Of a DNA stretch of 32,000 nt, positions 14,700 through 23,693 are shown piece by piece. The notes beneath the pieces are model-generated. The model searched no databases and was not told where the DNA came from. It saw nothing but the letters and a program-made list of their open reading frames with translations. Position 1 is the stretch's first letter. The number at the start of each line of letters is the position of its first letter. Source of the DNA: Candidatus Nitrospira nitrosa (GTDB taxonomy: Bacteria; Nitrospirota; Nitrospiria; Nitrospirales; Nitrospiraceae); the NCBI RefSeq assembly GCF_001458735.1, contig NZ_CZQA01000011.1:85483-117482 (forward strand), read 5' to 3'. Both the position numbers and the translations under genes were made by a program.

Positions 14700-16087
14700 A
14701 TGGCATTTGGCGGGCTGTCACGACATTGGACGGTCTGGAAGGCGGCTTGGCAGGCTGAATCACGTCAACCGTCCGGCACGGTTGCTCCTCGCGGGCGTGC
14801 CTCAGAATTTCTGCCGGCGTTGTTGGAAATCCAGCAGGCTCCTCCCTCGCCGATCGGTCGTGCGCTTATCTGGACGATTGTCGCAGCGTTCACTGCGTCC
14901 TTGCTGTGGGCCTCCTTCGGCTGGATCGACATTGTTGCGACTGCGCAGGGCAAGATCATTCCCAGCGGCTACTCGAAGGTCATCCAACCCTATGAAACCG
15001 GCGTGATTGCCGCCATTCATGTGCAGGATGGACAAGCGGTGCAGCAGGGGGATGTGCTGATCGAGCTCGATGCGACGCTCAATCGAGCCGATCGGGATCG
15101 AGTCGCGAACGAGCAGCGAAAGTTGATGCGGCTCGGTTACGGGCCCTCATCAAGGGCGAGGCTGCCTTTGATGCTCCCGCCGATGCCGATCAGGCATACG
15201 TCGGGCTACAACAACAGTTGTTGCGTGATCAACTCGCTGAGTATCAGGCCAAGGTGGCCGCGACGCAGCATCTTGTGGATCAACGCCAAGCGGCGCTCGA
15301 ACAAACCAACGAGAACATTCTCCGTTTAGAAGCGACGGTGCCGATGGAGGTTGAGCGAGCGGACGCCTACAAGAAATTGCTGGAACATGAAGCCGTGACC
15401 AAGATGGACTTTCTCCAGGCAGAAGGTCAGCGGATCGACAAGGCACAGGAACTAGCCGGACAAAAGAAAAAGCTACAGCAAGATCGTGCGGCGCTGGCGG
15501 AGGCTGAGAAGCATTATCGAGCCACGGTGTCGGAATTCCAACAGAACAAGCAGGCCGAGTTGTCGGTGCTGGAAACCAAGGTGGCCTCGCTCGCACAGGA
15601 GGTGACGAAGGCCGGCCAAAAGGCGGGTCTGCAGCGGCTGATGTCCCCTATTGCCGGTGTGGTGCAGCAGCTTGCGGTCCATACCGTCGGTGGTGTCGTG
15701 ACGCCGGCTCAACAGTTGCTTATCGTCGTGCCACGTGACCATCCGCTGGAAGTCGAAGCGCAGGTAGAAAATAAGGACGTCGGGTTTGTGAAGGAAGGGC
15801 AACCGGTCGAGATCAAGGTCGAAACGTTTCAGTTTACCTTATACGGGACGATTCCAGGCCATGTCTTGACGGTTTCCAACGATGCGGCTCCGATTGAAAA
15901 GGTTGGGCTTGTCTACCCCACCAGGGTCAGCATGGATCGGTCGGTGATCCACGTCGAAGGCAAGCAGGTGAACCTTTCTCCGGGTATGGCGGTTACGGTT
16001 GAGATGAAGACCGGTCAGCGACGGATCATCGAGTATCTGCTGAGCCCCTTGCTCAGGTCGGCACAAGAGAGTCTGAGAGAGCGGTAA
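14700..16087 (+). pseudogene. HlyD-family T1SS membrane fusion protein interrupted by a 1-nt frameshift (or a sequencing error)
   Basis: Two overlapping ORFs, 14628-15329 and 15218-16087, lie in different frames and together are colinear with HlyD. The elements are MAFGGLSRHWTVWK.. (ATG 14700), a TM helix LIWTIVAAFTASLLWASFGWI, GDVLIELD, a long coiled coil, and the C-terminus MAVTVEMKTGQRRIIEYLLSPL. The HlyD-like reading continues in the second frame from ~15119 (KVDAARLRALIKGEAAFDAPADADQAYVGLQQQLLRDQ). This places the break at the AAA run 15119-15121 (cgAAAgttgat). Confidence 0.85.
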
Positions 16088-16127
16088 CAGGAGGCACAAC
16101 CCGTGAGGTGTCGGAGGTAAAGAAGAA

Positions 16128-17522
16128 GTGAAACGTGAGAGGTCAAAGGTGAAGAGTGAGAGAGGGGCAGAAGAGAAACTGTGCCTCCGTGATCGATGTA
16201 GAGTGCTCGGTGTTGCCATCGTTGCTGTTGTAGCCACGACGAGTGCGGTTTGGGCGGGGGAGGCGGGGAATTCCGATCGGTTGATCCCGTCGCCGATGCT
16301 CTCGTTGACGTTGCGCGAAGCCTTGTCGGCCGCTGCCGACAGCAATCCCGATGTGCTGCTGTACAAGGAACGGATTCAAGAAGCCAAAGGCCAGGTGCAG
16401 ACACAGTTGGGAGCCATGTTACCCAATCTTTCCGCCGATGTTCGACAGAGCCGGCGGACACAATTTCTTGGGACTATCGGTCTCTCACCCGTGCGTACAG
16501 ATCCCTTCAGTATTTTCGATGCCCGGATCAGTGCGACGCAAAATCTCTTCAGCCTCAGCTTGATTCAGCGGTGGCGGGCTTCGCGGCAGTCACTACAGAT
16601 GACGGAACAGGAGGCGGAAGCCAAGAAGCTTGACACAATGGCCACTGTGGCATTGGCTTATATGGAAGGGCTGAAAGCGATGGCCCTGATCAAGGCGCAT
16701 GAATTGAATCAGCAGATCATGGAGGAGTTACTTGGAACGATTCGACAGCGGCAGCGTGGGGGCCTGGCCACAGGGCTCGATATTGCACGACTGGAAGCCC
16801 AACTAGCGGCAGAGCGGCAGCAGAGTTCCTCGGCTGGGTATGAGCTCGACCATGCCAAATTCAGCCTGATCAATCTGCTCGCGTTACCGACGCACAGTGC
16901 CGTGGCGCTGACCGATCAGTGGCGCATGGACGTGCCGGAGATTCCACGGTCGCAGAAGGCTGTCGAGGATGCGCTCGGTCAACGCCCCGAGGTCCAAGCG
17001 CAGTCTACCCGCGTACGAGCGGCTGAATTGATGTATGCCTCCATGACGGGGGAACGGGTGCCGTCACTCGTGGCACAGGGTGACTATGGGCTGGTCGGCA
17101 ATCGCTGGAGTAATACGCTTGATACTTACAGTATGGCGCTCATTCTTCAGATTCCCATCTTCGATGGCGCACAACGTGAAGGGCGCATTGTTCAAGCGCG
17201 AAGCCAGTGGCAACAAGAGGCTCTTCGGATGAGGTCTGTGCTCAACCAAGTCACCATGGAAGTTCAAGATGCCCTGGCATCACTGACTGCGGCGAAAGAA
17301 CAGGTGGGGATCGCCCAGGCTGGTCTCCGGATGGCGACGAAGGAGCTTGATCTGGCCCGGGAACGCTATGCCGTCATCACTTCCGCCAGCCACTTTGAAC
17401 TGACGAATGGACTCTCGGCTGTCGCCCGTGCGCGAGAAAACCTCGTCAACGCGCTCTTTCAGCTGAATGCCGCCCGCATCAATCTCGCCCGTTCGACCGG
17501 GAGTCTGGAGACACTGAACTAG
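16128..17522 (+). CDS. TolC-family outer membrane efflux protein (T1SS outer membrane component)
   Basis: 464 aa. GGAGG at 16113-16117 lies 10 nt before the GTG at 16128. The signal-like segment is VLGVAIVAVVATTSAVWA. Duplicated TolC-type repeats are present (LSLTLREALSAAADSNPDV.. and ..LDLARERYAVITSASHFELTNGLSAVARARENLVNALFQLNAARINLARSTG). The gene directly follows the ABC and MFP genes. An alternative start is GTG 16203. Confidence 0.88.
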   Translation: MKRERSKVKSERGAEEKLCLRDRCRVLGVAIVAVVATTSAVWAGEAGNSDRLIPSPMLSLTLREALSAAADSNPDVLLYKERIQEAKGQVQTQLGAMLPNLSADVRQSRRTQFLGTIGLSPVRTDPFSIFDARISATQNLFSLSLIQRWRASRQSLQMTEQEAEAKKLDTMATVALAYMEGLKAMALIKAHELNQQIMEELLGTIRQRQRGGLATGLDIARLEAQLAAERQQSSSAGYELDHAKFSLINLLALPTHSAVALTDQWRMDVPEIPRSQKAVEDALGQRPEVQAQSTRVRAAELMYASMTGERVPSLVAQGDYGLVGNRWSNTLDTYSMALILQIPIFDGAQREGRIVQARSQWQQEALRMRSVLNQVTMEVQDALASLTAAKEQVGIAQAGLRMATKELDLARERYAVITSASHFELTNGLSAVARARENLVNALFQLNAARINLARSTGSLETLN

Positions 17523-17689
17523 TGGCATGCGGAAACAGTCCGTCGGCGATGCTTTCGTCTCTGTGCTCGCGACGGCCTTTCTGCTTTCGATAACGATCCT
17601 CTCGGCGTATAAGTCGCGCTGAGAGGGTGCAGCTGTGTCTTGATTGATTCACCTTCGAAGGTGGATAATTCCTGGGAGAGGGTTGGGTT

Positions 17690-18775
17690 ATGCCTGCATC
17701 CCGAGTTCGAACCTGGGTTCTTGCAGCTGGTATTGCCGCACTGCTGCTCCATTTTCCTACAGAAGTGGCACAGTATCTCCTGGCCCTTGTTCCGTATCAG
17801 CGCTCGACGCCTTTCGAGCTGGAGACCCTCACAGAGGTCGCACATGAAAATATCACCACGTTCTCACCTCGAACGTCCGATGAGTCAGTGTGGAAGGCCG
17901 TCATCACCCGGGTGTTTGGCATGGCGTTGATCGGACTGCCGGTTTGGTATTTCCTGCAGCGTCGAGAGCGCGAAGAAGAGCTACAGCAGCTTGATAAAGG
18001 CTGGGCCGCGCGCTTGCACGCACGCAGCGAAGAGTTAATGGCCGTCAATCACGCACTCGTCAGCGAGGTCTCGAAACGAATTGATACCGAACAGTCCCTG
18101 GAGGCCAACCGACGGGATCTGCGCATGCTTGCTTCTCAATTGCTTCGCCTTCAGGAAGAGGAACGACGGCGAATCTCACGTGATCTGCACGACGATATCA
18201 ATCAACGACTAGCGCTCTTGTCGATCGACATTGAAATGTTAGAACGGCAGCTCTCACACGCGGCCGTCGGGACTGTCCGAACGGTGCGCAGCATTCAGGA
18301 TCGTATTGTCGAACTGTCCGAAAGCGTTCGGCGTCTCGCCTATCAGTTTCATCCGTCCGTCCTTGATGATCTGGGCTTGTCTATTGCGCTCCGACGTCTT
18401 ATTGATGATTTTCAGACTCGTACCGGTCTCGATGCTCGGTTCATCAGCAAAGAGATCCCGCAGCACCTGGCGCAGGACGTGGTCACATGCTTGTACCGTG
18501 TGACACAGGAAGGGTTGGCAAACATCGCGCGCCATGCGAGGGCACAAACCGTGCTGGTCGAACTGATGCGAGTGCGAGACGGGTTGCAGCTTCTGATACG
18601 GGATGACGGAGTGGGGTTTGACGTGAATCATGACGGCGGTCAGCGAGGTAGTCTCGGGCTGTTGAGTATGAAGGAACGAGTTGCGTTAGTTGCTGGGACG
18701 TTCACGATAGACTCGACACCGGGTACAGGAACACGTATCCGTGTCTGGGTTCCGTTTACACAGGAGTCTGTATGA
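17690..18775 (+). CDS. Sensor histidine kinase, HisKA_3 type (NarX/DegS-like), with two TM helices and a short external loop
   Basis: The H-box is EEERRRISRDLHDDINQRL. The HATPase segment reads ..LYRVTQEGLANIARHA.., IRDDGVGFD, GSLGLLSMKERVALVAGTF. Two N-terminal hydrophobic helices are present. The stop overlaps the next gene's start (ATGA at 18772). Confidence 0.88.
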   Translation: MPASRVRTWVLAAGIAALLLHFPTEVAQYLLALVPYQRSTPFELETLTEVAHENITTFSPRTSDESVWKAVITRVFGMALIGLPVWYFLQRREREEELQQLDKGWAARLHARSEELMAVNHALVSEVSKRIDTEQSLEANRRDLRMLASQLLRLQEEERRRISRDLHDDINQRLALLSIDIEMLERQLSHAAVGTVRTVRSIQDRIVELSESVRRLAYQFHPSVLDDLGLSIALRRLIDDFQTRTGLDARFISKEIPQHLAQDVVTCLYRVTQEGLANIARHARAQTVLVELMRVRDGLQLLIRDDGVGFDVNHDGGQRGSLGLLSMKERVALVAGTFTIDSTPGTGTRIRVWVPFTQESV

Positions 18776-19419
18776 GTAAGCCTCGCGTACTCTTGGCGGA
18801 TGACCACGCCCTGGTGCTGGAAGGGTTCAAAAAGCTGCTGGAAGAGCATTGTCAGGTCGTCGGGTCCGTAGAAGATGGTCGTGCGTTGCTCGATGCAGCG
18901 GAACGCTTGCAACCGGACATTGTGGTCTTGGATATTTCGATGCCTAAACTGAACGGTCTCGATGCGGCGCGTCGGTTGCGAAAGATGGTGCCTCGACCAC
19001 GACTGATTTTTGTGACGGTGCATGCGGATCAGGACTATGTCACTCAAGCTTTCAAGGCCGGCGCTTCAGCCTACCTGCTTAAACGGTCGGCGGGATCCGA
19101 GCTGGTACAGGCCATTGAAGCTGTGATGCACGACAATTATTACGTCACGTCGTTGATTGCCAAGGATCTGGTCCACGCTGCGATCGCGGACACGGAGTCG
19201 GACACCGGCGTGCAGGATCGCTTGCCGATGCGACAACGAGAGATTTTACAGCTTGTGGCTGAGGGACTGACACTCAAGGAAATCGCCTCAACGCTAGGGC
19301 TCTCTCCCAAGACGGTCGAGTATCACAAAGCCAAGCTCATGGAGCAGCTTGGCCTTCATACTACCGCTGAACTGACAAAATACGCACTCGCTCACGGGCT
19401 TACACCTTCCTCCGAGTAA
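18772..19419 (+). CDS. Response regulator, NarL/FixJ family (REC domain plus LuxR-type HTH)
   Basis: The REC domain reads VLLADDHALVLEGF...DIVVLDISMPKLNG...AGASAYLLK. The C-terminal segment is LPMRQREILQLVAEGLTLKEIASTLGLSPKTVEYHKAKLMEQLG. The gene is translationally coupled to the kinase. Confidence 0.9.
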   Translation: MSKPRVLLADDHALVLEGFKKLLEEHCQVVGSVEDGRALLDAAERLQPDIVVLDISMPKLNGLDAARRLRKMVPRPRLIFVTVHADQDYVTQAFKAGASAYLLKRSAGSELVQAIEAVMHDNYYVTSLIAKDLVHAAIADTESDTGVQDRLPMRQREILQLVAEGLTLKEIASTLGLSPKTVEYHKAKLMEQLGLHTTAELTKYALAHGLTPSSE

Positions 19420-19689
19420 CAGTCTTCGTTTCCTCATTTCTTGGTGCATCCATTCCAAGGGAATTTCCGTCCCGACCCTAGGCATGTCCCGTATGGCACA
19501 GACCATGAGGTTTTGCTAAGTATGAGACAAGCTGCGGCGGGTCCTATGAAAAGGAGGTTTGTGGTGGCCTCCGGAGGAGACCCGAGGTTGTCGCCATGTT
19601 GATACAACAACTCGGCTCTTCTTCAATCGATGGGTCACCTGAAACGTATCGACCTACGCATGCGAATAATCTAACAGGGAGGTATCGTC

Positions 19690-20508
19690 ATGGCAGCATC
19701 AAGTGAGCGAGGGTATGACGTCTCGCAGTGGTACGATTCGAAGCCGGTGAAGATCGGCTGGTTTGCGATGTTGGCGATCGGGGTGTTTTGGGTCCTGTAC
19801 CAGCGAACCTTCGGGTATTCGCATGGGTTGGATTCCATGACCCCGGAGTTCGAGTCGGTGTGGATGGGGCTGTGGCGGTTTAACATTTTGGCCAACGCCA
19901 TCTTCTTTGCCGTCTCGATCGGGTGGATCTGGGTGACGCGGGATCGGAACCTGACGAACCTGGACCCGAAGCTGGAGCTGAAGCGGTACTTTTACTGGAT
20001 GGGCTGGTTGGTGTGCTACATCTGGGGCGTGTACTACGCGGGGAGCTACACGTTGGAGCAGGATGCGGCGTGGCATCAAGTGATCATCCGGGACACGAGC
20101 TTTACGGCGAGCCACATAGTGGCGTTCTACGGGACGTTCCCGCTGTACATTACGTGCGGGGTGTCGAGCTACCTGTATGCACAGACGCGGTTGCCGCTGT
20201 ATAGCCAGGCGACGTCGTTCCCGTTGGTGGCGGCGGTGGTGGGGCCGATGTTCATTCTACCGAACGTGGGGCTCAATGAGTGGGGCCATGCGTTCTGGTT
20301 TGTGGATGAGCTGTTTGCGGCGCCGTTGCACTGGGGCTTTGTGACGTTGGGCTGGTGCGGGTTGTTCGGCGCGGCCGGTGGAGTGGCGGCGCAGATCGTG
20401 AGCCGGATGTCGAATCTGGCGGACGTGATCTGGAACAACGCCCCGAAGAGCATCTTGGATCCGTTCCCGGCCCAGGTGCAGAGCGCCAGCGCCAAGAGCG
20501 TGTACTAA
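19690..20508 (+). CDS. amoC: Ammonia monooxygenase subunit C (CuMMO C subunit)
   Basis: 272 aa. GGGAGG lies 7 nt upstream of the ATG. Diagnostic segments are [26 protein letters not shown] and [27 protein letters not shown]. The length is typical for AmoC/PmoC, and amoA follows directly. Confidence 0.93.
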   Translation: MAASSERGYDVSQWYDSKPVKIGWFAMLAIGVFWVLYQRTFGYSHGLDSMTPEFESVWMGLWRFNILANAIFFAVSIGWIWVTRDRNLTNLDPKLELKRYFYWMGWLVCYIWGVYYAGSYTLEQDAAWHQVIIRDTSFTASHIVAFYGTFPLYITCGVSSYLYAQTRLPLYSQATSFPLVAAVVGPMFILPNVGLNEWGHAFWFVDELFAAPLHWGFVTLGWCGLFGAAGGVAAQIVSRMSNLADVIWNNAPKSILDPFPAQVQSASAKSVY

Positions 20509-20605
20509 GCAGATCGGTCGGTCTCGGAGGCGAGCCTGGGTGGTCGCGCGAATAAGCAAGGCTCAGGCCGCTTCTGATCGGCTGAAATGACGGAGGATGT
20601 CAGTT

Positions 20606-21448
20606 ATGTTTAGAACCGATGAAATTATCAAGGCCTCGAAATTGCCGCCGGAAGGGGTGGCAATGTCTCGGCACATTGATCACATCTATTTTATCCCAAT
20701 TTTGTTCATCACCATCGTCGGGACCTTTCACATGCACACCGCGTTGCTGTGCGGGGACTGGGATTTTTGGCTGGACTGGAAGGATCGGCAATGGTGGCCG
20801 ATCGTCACCCCGATTACGACCATTACGTTTTGTGCGGCCCTGCAGTATTACAATTGGGTGAACTATCGTCAGCCGTTCGGGGCGACGATTACGATTCTGG
20901 CGCTTGGGTTCGGAAAGTGGATTGCCGTCTATACGTCGTGGTGGTGGTGGTCGAATTATCCGCCGAACTTCGTCATGCCGGCGACACTGCTGCCGAGCGC
21001 ATTGGTCTTGGACATCACGCTCTTGCTCACCAGGAACTGGACCTTGACGGCGGTGATCGGCGCATGGATGTACGCGATTCTGTTTTATCCCAGCAACTGG
21101 CCGATCTTTGGCTATAGCCACACCCCGATCGTGGTCGATGGCTCGTTGCTCTCATGGGCCGACTACATGGGCTTCATGTATGTCCGGACCGGGACGCCGG
21201 AGTACATCCGCATGATCGAGGTCGGGTCGCTGCGCACCTTCGGTGGGCACAGCACCATGATCTCGGCCTTCTTCTCGGCGTTTGCCTCGTCGCTTGTGTA
21301 CGTACTGTGGTGGCAGTTCGGGAAATTCTTCTGCACCTCGTACTTCTACTTCACGGATGACAGGCAGAGAACGGTCAAGGTGTACGACGTATTCGCCTAC
21401 GCCACGTTAGCACACGGCGATAAGGCAAAAGTTGGGGGGAAAGCATGA
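20606..21448 (+). CDS. amoA: Ammonia monooxygenase subunit A (clade-A comammox-like)
   Basis: Key segments are [17 protein letters not shown].., [55 protein letters not shown] prefer ATG 20606 because GGAGG (20592-20596) is 9 nt upstream. The longest ORF starts at ATG 20597, which abuts the SD. The sequence tacaattgggtgaacta (20849-20865) and the complement of agatcatggtgctgtg (21248-21263) match, from memory, the clade-A comammox amoA primer sites and lie 415 bp apart. Confidence 0.93.
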   Translation: MFRTDEIIKASKLPPEGVAMSRHIDHIYFIPILFITIVGTFHMHTALLCGDWDFWLDWKDRQWWPIVTPITTITFCAALQYYNWVNYRQPFGATITILALGFGKWIAVYTSWWWWSNYPPNFVMPATLLPSALVLDITLLLTRNWTLTAVIGAWMYAILFYPSNWPIFGYSHTPIVVDGSLLSWADYMGFMYVRTGTPEYIRMIEVGSLRTFGGHSTMISAFFSAFASSLVYVLWWQFGKFFCTSYFYFTDDRQRTVKVYDVFAYATLAHGDKAKVGGKA

Positions 21449-21517
21449 ACGCCACATCTCGAACACATGATTCGGAGAGTCATGTAGAGTCGGCGTTCTA
21501 AGTAGGGGCTGGTAAGA

Positions 21518-21551
21518 ACCGGCGGGCTCGATTATCCGAGCTCGCCGGCTT
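21518..21551 (+). terminator. Hairpin terminator candidate downstream of amoA
   Basis: ccggcgggctcg (21518-21529), loop attatc, cgagctcgccgg (21536-21547). This is a 12-bp stem with one G-U pair, followed by cttt. The U-tract is short, so the hairpin is strong but the terminator call is moderate. Confidence 0.6.
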
Positions 21552-21684
21552 TGGTGGTCTGAGTATGACGGTGAATGTCAGCAATAGTGAAACGGACATG
21601 AACGGTCCACACAGCGTCTTATCGTGTGGACACGCATCACGGTGATCGGCCCTCTATCGTGGCGGATCCTCTGGGAGGCTAGAA

Positions 21685-23478
21685 GTGAAAAGCAAGACGC
21701 AAACCATCGTATTTTGGATGATCGTGGGCCTGTCGATATTCTTTCTTCTCAACCTCTGGAATACACCTACGCGTGCGGTCGTAGAGGAAGAGATTATGTT
21801 TAGCGACTTCATGGCAAAACTCGACCAGGGTGCTGTCGAGAAGGTCACCATGCAGGGACATCGTCTCACCGGCGTGTTGAAAGATAACTCCCAGGTGCGA
21901 ACCTACATGGCGGACTATCCTGATCTCGTCCAAATGCTGCGCGAGAAGCATGTTCAGATCGAGGTCAGGCCGCAGGGTGAAAGTGCTTGGTATGTGACGG
22001 TGCTCATGACCTGGGGGCCGTTCGTGCTTTTTCTCGGGGTGTGGCTGTTCATTATGCGCCGAATGCAGAATGGGAACGCGGCCTTATCTCTCGTGAAGAA
22101 TAGGGCCCGCATGCTGACGGATGAGCGGAAAAAAGTCACGTTTTCCGATGTGGCGGGCATTGACGAAGTGAAAGCGGATGTGCAGGAAACGGTCGAATTT
22201 CTGAAGGACCCCAGGAAGTTCCAAAAACTCGGCGGGCGCATTCCCAAAGGTGTGTTGGTCGTGGGCCCGCCTGGGACCGGGAAGACACTTTTGGCGAAGG
22301 CGATTGCCGGCGAAGCGGGCGTACCGTTCTTCAGCATTAGCGGTTCAGACTTTGTGGAAATGTTTGTGGGAGTCGGAGCCTCCCGTGTTCGCAGTATGTT
22401 CGAAGACGCAAAAAAGCATGCTCCTTGTATTATCTTCATTGATGAAATCGACGCAGTCGGACGATCACGAGGAGGGGGGATTGGGGGCGGCAACGATGAA
22501 CGCGAGCAAACACTCAATCAGTTGCTGGTTGAGATGGACGGATTTGATACGACAGAGGGCGTGATTTTGGTGGCGGCTACCAATCGGCCAGATGTCCTTG
22601 ACCCTGCTCTGCTGCGGCCAGGTCGATTCGACAGGCAAGTCGTGGTGAATCATCCCGATCTGAGGGGCCGGACGGAGATCCTGAAGGTTCATGCGAAAAA
22701 AGTTCCGGTGGCAGCAGACGTGGACCTGCAAACAATCGCTCGAGGAACCCCGGGATTCTCAGGCGCCGATTTGGAAAACCTCGTCAATGAGGCGGCGCTG
22801 TGGGCAGCTCGTCAGAGCAAAGACGAGGTGGGGTCCGCGGATTTTGAGAAGGCGAAGGATAAGATTCTGATGGGTGCCGAGCGCAAGAGCATGATATTGA
22901 CGGACGAGGAGAAGCGTGTCACCGCGTATCATGAGGCTGGTCATGCCTTAGTAGCGCAACTCCTGCCTGGTACAGATCCCGTTCACAAAGTATCGATTAT
23001 TCCGAGAGGTCGCGCACTGGGGGTGACCTTACAGTTGCCGACCAATGACCGCCACAATTACTCCAAAGAGTTCTTATACAACACGCTCGCCATTCTTCTT
23101 GGGGGCAGGGTGGCCGAAGAGCTGGTGTTCAACCAGGTGACAACCGGTGCTGGCAACGATTTGGAACGGGCTACAGCCCTTGCGCGGCAAATGGTATGCG
23201 AATGGGGTATGAGTGAAACGCTGGGACCTCTCACGTTCGGGCAGAAAGAGGGAACAACATTTCTGGGACGTTCGTTTTCGACGAATCGTGACTGCAGTGA
23301 TCAAATGGCAGCGGAGATTGACCTGGAAATCAAGCGTCTCATCACAGAAAACTATGCAAGGGTCAGGCAGGTGTTGACGGAACGGATGACGACCTTGGTT
23401 GCGCTGGCAGAAGCACTTCTGGAAAAGGAGGTGTTGGATGCAAGGGAGATTCAAGAGGTTCTTCTGCGGTCGTCTTAA
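21685..23478 (+). CDS. ftsH: ATP-dependent zinc metalloprotease FtsH
   Basis: 597 aa. GTG start with GGGAGG 6 nt upstream. Two N-terminal TM helices. Walker A is GPPGTGKT, Walker B is IIFIDEIDA, the SRH segment is [19 protein letters not shown], and the zinc site is HEAGHAL. Confidence 0.95.
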   Translation: MKSKTQTIVFWMIVGLSIFFLLNLWNTPTRAVVEEEIMFSDFMAKLDQGAVEKVTMQGHRLTGVLKDNSQVRTYMADYPDLVQMLREKHVQIEVRPQGESAWYVTVLMTWGPFVLFLGVWLFIMRRMQNGNAALSLVKNRARMLTDERKKVTFSDVAGIDEVKADVQETVEFLKDPRKFQKLGGRIPKGVLVVGPPGTGKTLLAKAIAGEAGVPFFSISGSDFVEMFVGVGASRVRSMFEDAKKHAPCIIFIDEIDAVGRSRGGGIGGGNDEREQTLNQLLVEMDGFDTTEGVILVAATNRPDVLDPALLRPGRFDRQVVVNHPDLRGRTEILKVHAKKVPVAADVDLQTIARGTPGFSGADLENLVNEAALWAARQSKDEVGSADFEKAKDKILMGAERKSMILTDEEKRVTAYHEAGHALVAQLLPGTDPVHKVSIIPRGRALGVTLQLPTNDRHNYSKEFLYNTLAILLGGRVAEELVFNQVTTGAGNDLERATALARQMVCEWGMSETLGPLTFGQKEGTTFLGRSFSTNRDCSDQMAAEIDLEIKRLITENYARVRQVLTERMTTLVALAEALLEKEVLDAREIQEVLLRSS

Positions 23479-23693
23479 GATGGTTCGATCTAACGCGCAG
23501 TATTCATGAACGCTTCTCTTGGACCCCGTATCGAACCCGTGAAGAAACGTCTGAGGAAAGGGTAATCAACGGCGGAATACACCCGGCATCATTGTGGTGA
23601 TGTCATTGGGTCGTTTCACGCCGCTATCACCAAGCTCGACATCTTCTTACCCTGACGCGTGGAGATCGTTACAGACCTGTTGATTGTGGTGTC

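Noticed and set aside
19494-19516. TGGCAC ... TTTGC upstream of amoC, considered as a sigma54 promoter
   Set aside because: The GG and GC elements are 20 nt apart instead of the required 12, so this is not a -24/-12 promoter.
19699-21121. Minus-strand ORFs of 138 and 173 aa, antisense to amoC and amoA
   Set aside because: They are Arg/Pro-rich translations typical of the antisense strand of GC-rich genes. The sense strand encodes unmistakable AmoC/AmoA.
21445-21501. An 18-codon ORF ([18 protein letters not shown]) whose ATG overlaps the amoA stop (ATGA), considered as a remnant of the amoB start
   Set aside because: It bears no resemblance to AmoB N-termini as I remember them, has no signal peptide, and is too short to distinguish from chance.
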